Assembly: GCF_000281045.1 (NCBI RefSeq)
Contig: NW_008246073.1
Coordinates: 760,213 to 824,212 of the forward strand
Length of the DNA: 64,000 nt
Direction of reading: 5' to 3'
Source: Saprolegnia diclina VS20
Taxonomy: Eukaryota
In this document: one piece after another, positions 51,559 through 60,600 of the stretch
Layout: the number at the start of each line of letters is the position of its first letter
Numbering within the stretch: position 1 is the first letter of the stretch
The notes under the pieces: model-generated
The model's database searches: none
Told to the model about the DNA's origin: nothing
What the model saw: only the letters and a program-made list of their open reading frames with translations
Translations under genes and position numbers: made by a program

Positions 51559-53582
51559 ATGGCCGACGACGGCTTCTTCCCGGTCTGGACTTCGGTCTAC
51601 CTCGTCGTGCTCCTCATCTCGCTAACTGCTACGTCCCTTGCTGTGTGGTCGCTCAAGCGGTCGCTCTGTGCCATCCAGTCGTGTGTCTACTATGCGACGC
51701 TTTGGTACTTTGTGTGGAAGTCGCTCTTTGCGCTGTCGCGGACCGCGCTCATGTGCGCGTTCCTCGCCGAGTTCCGCGCGCCCTCGTCGCCTTGGCTCAA
51801 CCGCACTGCAGCCAACGACGTAGGCAGCCTACGGCTGCTTGGCCAGCGCACGTACAATGCGACGGGCGACTCGAGCATCCCTGTCCCGACGTACGTGGTG
51901 TGGATCTTGTTCCTTGGCGACGCAGCGTTACTTTCGGGTGTTCTATGGATGCTCATCTTGGTCCTCGAGCTCACGCGCCTTGCGGTACTTTGCACTTGCC
52001 AAATGTGGCGATCTTGGAGGCTCATACGACAATGTGCGTAGAAGAAGACGATGGACCGCGGCCCGCTCCGTGAAAAGCAAGTGCGCCGCAACTACCTCGT
52101 CTCGACGACGCTTATCGTCGCGCTCTACTTTGTCGTACGCACCGACTGCGACAGTCATCTGGAGACTCATGCGTGGCTGCATAGCTTTGCCAAGTGCTCT
52201 CGAAAGGCGGTCTCTTCTCCAACAACACAAAGCTCATCAACATCGTCTCCAACATCATGCAGACGATCGTCATCATCGCAGTCGCTTTTGGGTACCTGGC
52301 ACCTGTCGAGGATTCGCAAGCGCTCATGCCGATATAGCATGGTGAGCCTGCGCCAACACGGCCAAAAGTTTGAAGGCGTAAGCGGCGAGATCGAGCAGTC
52401 ACCGCTCTACAGCCGCCTCAAGCGCATCTTGTATCTTGTCACTACGTCTGCTCGTATCTCACGTTTGACGTGCGTAGGATCGTCTTTATGATGTTTTCCT
52501 TGCCGTTCACGGTCGTCAACTGGTACGGCGTCTCGGCGGCCGGCGACGCGGCCGAGACGATTCCGGATGCGCTCCTGGGCATCACGCAGCTGCTCTACTT
52601 CGCCTCGGGTCTCTTTTTCGCGCTCGTCATGGTCGCGAGCCAAGACTGCTGCACGGCGTGCATGCGGTCGCGCGACGCAACGCGGACCCGCAGTCGGTAC
52701 GGTGACTGGGCCGCCTCCGTGGCGCACGCGCCCATGCAAAACCCCGTCTTTGTCAACACAGACATTGAGTCGTCGAGCTACCTCTGGGGGCAGCTCGGGC
52801 AAACCATGCACGCCGCGCAGGAGCTCCACGACGACCTCCTACGATCACTCCTCGTCAAGCACCAAGGCTACGAGATCACGACGTGCGGTGACGCGTTCCA
52901 GCTCGCATTCCACTCAATCCCAGACGCGGTTGCCTACTGCTTGGACGTTCAGCTGCAGCTTCTGCATGTGCCGTGGCCGATCGAGCTGATCGAGTCGTAC
53001 CTCGCCGGCAGCATCACGGTTGCGATGCCAAAGCCGTCGGTGCTTCCCACGCGGCACAAGCACCCGTACCTCTTTCGCGGTCTCCGCGTACGTATGGGTA
53101 TCCACGCATCGAGCTCTGAAGAAGGTCAGCTCTTTACCAACGTCCACCCGGTGACCCAGCGCACCACGTACGTGGGTTTGGCCGAGATGATTGGTCGCGA
53201 AGTCAGCGACCTCGGCAGTGGCGGTCAGATCATTGTGACGGCCCGCGTCGCGCGTTTTCTACGCGACAAGATTGAGAGCCAAGATGGCTGGTGGCACGAG
53301 AACCCGTGCTTGATGCAGGATCTAGGTACACTGGCGGCTCATATAGGACACCTGACTGATATTACGATGATGGGGTTAGGTGTCTACCGCATCAACGACC
53401 TCAAGATCGACTTGGGGATCGCCGAAGTGGTGCCACTCGCTCTGAAAGACCGCGCGCGGCTCTTTCCCGAGATTGGCAACGTCCGAAGCCGCAAATCGTA
53501 CCGGCGCCACGACAGCACCGCGTACGACCTCTTGATGTCCCCTGCCGACCCGTGCGAGTCCCTCCGCGGTGTCGAGTGTTAA
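51559..53582 (+). CDS. 7TM receptor fused to class III nucleotide cyclase-like domain, copy C
   Basis: Same architecture (FFPVW, GDAALLSGVLWML, MDRG, SPLYSRLKRIL, NTDIESS, GDAF, GLRVRMGIH). Confidence 0.85.
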
Positions 53583-54750
53583 GTTATAAGCGTCCAACTA
53601 TTCGTGCTATACACTAAACTACTATGACTTAAGTTAATATACTAGTATGAAGCTAAAAACATTTCGGCGGCTCACATCAGGAAGGGAATATTCCCTTGCA
53701 GTCTGGACGTTCATAAAACCAAGGCCATAAATATATGGCCTTGATAAAACTACCGTCTTGGTAACGTGCCAACTAGGTATTGAAATCTGACGACACGTAT
53801 CGGTAAACATCGACGCTCTGCGCGGCACCATTTTCTTGGCCACAGTCATTTGATCAACTTGATTACATGGCCACCTCCAAGAACGTTGCTCCATCTGATC
53901 ACAACTTGATACTTATTAATAACACCACAGCGCAAACAGGGGTAAACATATCCTTTACCCCGTGCACAATTGTGCAAGTACGGTACAATTGTACTAATAT
54001 GTGTAGGCGCTGCTCGCTTCTTGTTCACAGCGCGCTAGTTCCGAGCGAGATCATCGGGTCGAAAAGTTTGCACTCGTCCTTCACAGCACTTGGATTGATT
54101 CCGTGCTTTGTTGGAGCACATACAGCTCGTCCCATTGCAGGGAGAAAGAAAACGCTGACAGTTGCACCGCAGGACCAACACAACCAGATCAATAATAACG
54201 AGTATTTTTCACTTGGTCCCAATTTTGGCGATATATTATCAATTGGTCCCCAACTTTTTGCCAATATTATCACTTGGTCCCCAAGCCATTTGATTGGCCG
54301 AAATAGGCCAAATTATCGAAGCTGATTGGACGGAACCACAGCAATTCCTGCAGCCCAGCACGGTTGCTCTAGCACTAAATAGTGTCCAGACACGTTTAGC
54401 AACTCATACTATTGGATGTAAATATAACAAATAGTGTGAGTGGCCGGGCAAGTGGGCCATTTCGAAGGTACCCCACCCCACCAGACCAAGGATGGAGGCC
54501 AAGCGGGTAGTAAACGTGATGCAGGCAACAAGAGGCGGTGAAGCCAAGTGTGTTGGATACTAGGGAAATGCTAGAGTGAGCATCAAGATCGCTAGCTATC
54601 CGCGAAGAGCTATCGGGTGGCCAGGAGGCACTCTGTACAAATGCACATACTATGTCGTAGTTGTTCCGTCTATGAGGGACAATAGAACAGTTGATGACCC
54701 ATCTACTGGTAAAACAAGAGCGTCCCTGAGATCTCCTATGCGGTAGATCT

Positions 54751-54850
54751 NNNNNNNNNNNNNNNNNNNNNNNNNNNNNNNNNNNNNNNNNNNNNNNNNN
54801 NNNNNNNNNNNNNNNNNNNNNNNNNNNNNNNNNNNNNNNNNNNNNNNNNN
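54751..54850. other. Assembly gap (100 N) flanked by a duplicated 65-bp overlap
   Basis: 54686-54750 is identical to 54851-54915. Confidence 0.95.
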
Positions 54851-55697
54851 AACAGTTGATGACCCATCTACTGGTAAAACAAGAGCGTCCCTGAGATCTC
54901 CTATGCGGTAGATCTCTCGGTTATGCTAGACCGCCTGATTTGTCAAACCCGTCGGTGCCGAGTACAGACGCATAATGGTGGTGCTTGATGGAGGCCCCAA
55001 AGTAAAAAGCTCGGTCGGTAGAAGTGCTTGCTATCATTGAGCCCCACGAATGTCCAGGAGGAGCCACGGCAAGAACGTGTAGCTCGCGTCACTCTATCAC
55101 AAAGCTTGGATGATACATAATCGTGGACTACAAAAGCTACCTGAGCCGTCAGAGACGCAATGACCCCGACCTTGACATGAGCCACGAAGACATCCGGCAA
55201 CGCCGACCCACCACCGTCCGACTATCATGTTCCATGAGTGGTTGGAAGGGTGGATGCGCATATTTAAACCAGGATTGTTGTTGCCAATGCGCGTGCCGAG
55301 ATCTAGTGTGCACCAGCTTGTGCACGTTTGTCATGGACACGGCTTCTCGCACGGAGGCTCTGCTCATCGACATGTAAGTGTCCGAGTGCTCAAGATTTAC
55401 TTCTATACATCGGAAAGAAGTTGTGTGTGCGGTTTCCGTTTACATAGCGTCGTCGCGTACTCTTCACGACGTAGTGGCCTTTCGCTGTCGTCCTTTTGCG
55501 TCTTCGAGCCTACGGAAGTTGTTCAATTGTCAGTCTTAATTGTGCCATCGCATCAAGTAGTACCGCGTTTGGCCACCTTGACACTGAACCTGTTCTGGAG
55601 TGCGAAGAGGGTTCACTGCCTCTTGTTGCCTGCATCACGTTTACTACCCGCTTGGCCTCCATCCTTGGTCTGGTGGGGTGGGGTACCTTCGAAATGG

Positions 55698-57043
55698 GGC
55701 GAATGCACCATAAATGTTGCAATCTAAAATTTTATGGACACGGCGTGAGAGAAAAGAGAAGGAAGGAAACAGGTGCAGCCGCTGGGAAACCGGGCACTCG
55801 TTGTATGTTTAAGCTGCTACACACCAGCACTGCGCTCTCGTGGCTGGTAGCACGACAAGGGCCTTATCCATAAATTAGACTTCAAATTTGTATTAACCAA
55901 GTAATTGCAACCCGACAAACTCTAGACCTACCCCTCTGAGCCTTTTTTTACCAATCAGATGGCTAAGAAATGATATAATCAATATGACTGGCGGAGACTT
56001 CTGGTTTCTGCACATTCATTGGACGCGACTTCTAATTTCCTGGCGAGAGTCTCAGTGCCTCAGAGCCACACAGAGATGGAAGAGCGCACGCGCAACGTCC
56101 GAGCGCGAGTCCGAGCGGATCGACCGGGCCCGAAGACTCGGGTCGTAGCACCGAATGGAGTTCCGGTCTGCATCCTCTGCGGCATCCGCCGGCAGCACAC
56201 GGTGCACTGCCCGTACGCCCCGCGATCGCCGTCGTCTCGCATCCAAGTCGCACCTCTTTCGGCGGCATCCGCGACGCCTTGACGACGATGCAAACGGCGC
56301 GCAAGGGCTTTTCATCCACTGTCAGCTCCCAACCGGCTGCGCTTGATACTGCTGCTGTACAGCGCGCTCAGCGTCTACCAGACCAAGGCTCTGTGGACGT
56401 GTGTCTCTGCGATGTGGCTCACATGCAGTCAAGTCAACTCATCGACGTTGAAGTAAACCGCGCGACTACTTGCAACACACAAGTACGTCCCCCGACGACT
56501 CGGTGCAAGAAGCGCAAGCGCGATGACAAGAACATGCCCCGGCGTCAAGTCACCCTCAACAACTCGACAAGTTGGCCGCCACGTGCGAAGTCGGCCTCTA
56601 CACGCGGTACCGATTGGACCGAGCGTGCAAGAAGGCATGCGACGGGACGTGTCCTCTTCTTGTCGTCGCGAAGGTAGGCAAGCAATCATACCCGCCGTGT
56701 GCGAGAAGATGTGGTTGGCGGCAGGATCGAGATGCACAACGCCTGCAAAGCACATTATAAGCTACCATAGTCATATATCGTATTCATCAGTCAATATATA
56801 AAGCTTTGCACAATCATCATGCAAGATTCGAGCACAGGTTGGTCGGAACTGATGACTGCGACGCGCTGAGCACGTGAGCAAGAGCCGCGGCGCGCTTCCC
56901 GGCTGGACACGTTGCCTGCGTCATGCGTCACACTATTAAGGTTCCACCAATAGAAAGCAGCGATTTATGGCCCATATATGTCCCTCTCGCCCAATCAGAT
57001 GATGCGACTTCTGTTTGGATGCAACACGTATGGAAGGTTCGCC
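55698..57043. mobile_element. Nested non-autonomous DNA element with 8-bp TSD and GGCGAA termini (Merlin-like; superfamily tentative)
   Basis: CGAAATGG duplicated at 55690-55697 and 57044-57051; imperfect TIRs ggcgaatgcaccataaatgttgca vs (revcomp) ggcgaaccttccatacgtgttgca, 18/24 identical; removing it restores the MULE TIR. Confidence 0.75.
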
Positions 57044-57590
57044 CGAAATGGCCCACTTGCCCGGCCACTCACACTATTTGTTATAATTACATCCAATAGT
57101 ATGAGTTGCTAAACGTGTCTGGACACTATTTAGTGCTAGAGCAACCGTGCTGGGCTGCAGGAATTACTATGATTCCGTCCAATCAGCTTCGGGCGTCCCA
57201 CTGGCAGTGGCACCATCGCGATTCAAGCTCCATTTCATCGCACATACAAAATTCAAGTGTACCTTTTGACTCCAAAAGGCATGACTTGCAATTTGTATAC
57301 CCACCCACCTTGGGCAGCTCTTTTTGGCAATCAGCCAATGCCTATTCTCGAAATATCGAGCAGCCAATGCCTGGTCTCCTTTGACGCAGATCAATCGATG
57401 ACGCGCAAGCAATATGCATGGTGCTGCCTTCGTCAAAGACATCACTAGCATAAGATAATATCGAATGGCTTGGGGACCAAGTGATAATATCGGGACCAAT
57501 TGATAATATATCGCCAAAATGGGGACCAAGTGAAAAATACTCCAATAATAACAACGTATCAAGTGCGCGGGACGAGGTAGTGCTCACAGA

Positions 57591-57604
57591 TCATTTCTCA
57601 TTTT
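57591..57604 (+). promoter_or_regulatory. INR+FPR core promoter of the very large GTPase gene
   Basis: TCATTTCTCATTTT matches TCATTYYNCAWTTT, 33 nt upstream of ATG 57638. Confidence 0.75.
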
Positions 57605-57637
57605 GACTTTGTTTGCACAGTCACTTGGAACAACGCG

Positions 57638-60600
57638 ATGGGTCTTTCCGCGCACCTCGAAATTACACCAAGCATGGCGGCTTGCCTCGACATGTGGCTC
57701 CAGGACGAAGCATTTGGCACCTCCAACAAGACTACGGTCATCTGCACGCTCCACGATGCTGCGCGAACGATCGAGAAGCAGCTCGATGCTGTGGCGGATT
57801 GCAGTAATGATGGAACTGCTCTCGTGGACTTGCTCCTGCTTGCGTTGCGCATCGACGCCAATTTCAACTCGGCAACGGTCGTCGCATGCTTTCGCGACCT
57901 CCGGACGCTTCGCGCCTTTCGCCGCCTCGACATGGACAACGATATGAAGGCCATGGCGCAACTCGACGACATCCTTCGGCAAGGAATCCCGGACGACGTG
58001 CGCCGCTCGACGATTGAAGCGCCGGTTCGATCATCGTTGGCCCGCGCTACCACGTATTTGGCCCTTCTGACGTCTCTGGACGATCCAAAGCATTGGACGA
58101 CGCCAAGCATTGATGCGCCCGACGTGCCCATCGCCATCGTAATTGTTCAGTACGCGTTCAACGACGCAAAGCAGCCTGACGCGACTCGAATGACCACAGT
58201 GCTCGGTGACCTTTTGGTCAAGAACCTCGCGCCCGCAGAGAGCCCGCTGCAGGCAAAGCTATGGGCCGTTGCAAAGAAGCACGGATGCAACCATCGCGGT
58301 TTCCCTTTCGAGCTCACGTCAACCAAAGTACAGTCGCTCATCATTGCGATGAAGAAGGAGCTCCAGCCAGACGCGAAAGCGATCAGCAGCGAGGTGTCGC
58401 TGGCGCCTGTCAATGCAAGCCCGCTGGCGGGTCATGAATTGATTCCTACCGATGGGCGCCCGATGAGTTTTCTTCGCACCGTGAGTCCGGCCCCAAGCAA
58501 GGACTCTCATTTCGGTGATCTCGTTTTGCACGTCCTCAAGCACGGCCTGAGCTTCAAGGATGAGCTTTACACTAAAAAAGACCAGGCATCAAGTAGCACC
58601 ACGTCACCCGTCGTGTACGACGCGCTCTTGAGCTCGATGGCCTCGTTGACACCCGCCGCTCGGGCAGAAGTCATCCGTCACTTGGTCGACCGATGCTGCC
58701 TCGCGCCGCTCGTAGTACCCATGAACGACGCGGGTTTCGACATGTTTACGGCTGAGTTTGGTCTCGTCGAGACTTCAGTCAACGGCAAGCTGGCATCACT
58801 CATCCGGGACACGTCCTGCACGCGCGTGGCCGTCGTTTCGGAGCGGCCAACGAAAAACAGCACCACAAGCGACTGGATCAAGAACATCTTTCATGCCGAA
58901 TCGCTGCACTGCTGTGACCGTCTGCTTACCAAGACCGTGACGAAACGTCCGTGCGTCGCAGAGCTCGGCTGGGGCTTTGTCGTCGAAGGAAACGAGATGA
59001 CGCCAGTCATGGTGCTGCACATCATTGGCGACTACATGCTCTTGGAGTCGTTCATTACGCAGTTTGCCGACATCTTGATTGTCGACGCGGGGTACAAGCC
59101 GGTGCGAACGACGCTGCCTCATGGCCTCGTTATCCAGTGGCGCGCCCCCAAGCAATCCGAAAACGACGAAAGCGACGAGGACGCCAAGACGGACGAGACC
59201 TCCGACAGCAATGGAGCTGTCACCGCCGTCGCGTTGATATGTGATATGGGATCGTCGCGCGAAGAAATTGCACAAAGAATTGTCAACGTCTTGCCTTCCA
59301 AGCCGCGCGTGCCTGTCGAGTGCCTGCGCGTACCCGACATTGTCAAGCCCACCACGCGTTTTTCGAGCCAGATCGTCACCGCCGTGGCCAAGACGAACTT
59401 TGCCACGCTTCGCAGCAAGGATCTCAAACTGCAAATGGCCTTCAAGAACGAGTCCTCTCACTCGCTGCACTTTCAGCGCCAACAGAGCGAGCGGGAGCGC
59501 AAAAATATTCAAATCGACATTGATATGCTCCAGCAAGCTTGTCGGGACAATGCCGAGTGCGTCCTTCAGTATCCGCTCTTCCAGATCTTTGTCGCCATGC
59601 TCAAGCTGCCGTCGGCTGCGAGCCGCGAAATGTGCATTCTTGACTTTGAGCGCCAAATCGCCACGGCCAGCGCCGTTATCTCGGACGTGGCACACACAAA
59701 GTACATTTCTGCGGTTGCTGCTGCATCCCAAAGTGGTGACGCTTCGGCGACTCAATCGTCCCTCAAAGAATGGGACAACGCGGTCACGGGGATGGAGCAC
59801 TTGTGGCGCGAGCTCTCCCTCGTGTACCGATCGGACCCGACCAAGTACAGCGACTTGCCGGACCTCGCCGTGACGCACCTCCTCGACGGATTCCCGCTCG
59901 AGTACATGAACGGCGATGCTGGCATGGTCAACAAAACGTGGGTTCGCGCCATCTTGCGGCAGCTTGGCAAGAAGCTGGGCGACGATGCGCGCATCTTTGT
60001 ACTCTCGGTCGCGGGTGTTCAATCGTCGGGCAAGTCGACGTTGCTCAACGCCATGTTTGGCATCCGCCTCAAGACATCCGTCGCTCGTTGCACACGTGGC
60101 GTGACGATGCAGCTGCTTCCTTGCGACAGCGGCAACGCCTACGACTATATTTTGCTGCTCGACACGGAAGGCATGCAGTCGCCGGAACGAGTCGGGATGA
60201 AGGATTCAGTCTGGCGGGACAACCGCATGGCGTCCGTGGCCATTTTGCCCGCCGATGCAACGATTCTCTTGATGAAAGGCGAGTCGACGAACGTGATTGA
60301 TAACGCGCTGCCGATTGTGCTCTCGGTGTTTGGCAACTCGTCCCTCGCTGCGGCATCGGAAGGTCGGCTTCAGACCAAGCTCTACTTTGTACTCAACCAA
60401 ATCAACGCGGTCAGCTCAAACAGTCTGGTGACATGCGTCTCGACGCTAACAGACAACCTCCGAAAGAACGCTGCCAAGATCGGTCTGGTGTGCCAATCGA
60501 AAGAGCCCGCGTTTTCAGAGTTCCTCGCTGACTTTCGCGGCTTCAATTGCGACGAAGACAAGCGCGACGTGCGAGTTCTCGGCTACACGCGGATGCTGCC

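Larger units (their letters stand above)
54200..57542. mobile_element. Non-autonomous Mutator-like (MULE) DNA transposon with long TIRs and 10-bp TSD
   Basis: Ends GAGTATTTTTCACTTGGTCCC / GGGACCAAGTGAAAAATACTC; flanking direct repeat CAATAATAAC at 54190-54199 and 57543-57552; left TIR 54200-54542 matches, inverted, ~57460-57542, 57044-57191 and 55612-55697. Confidence 0.88.

Noticed and set aside
54686..54915. 65-bp perfect direct repeat around the N run
   Set aside because: The copies abut both sides of a 100-N gap, typical of unmerged contig overlap rather than an LTR or biological repeat
54543..55611. Possible transposase remnant in the MULE core
   Set aside because: No DDE, SWIM or FAR1-like motifs recognisable in the short ORFs
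57160..57175. Three clustered G-to-A differences between the TIR copies, suggesting RIP-like mutation
   Set aside because: Too few sites to distinguish from ordinary transitions
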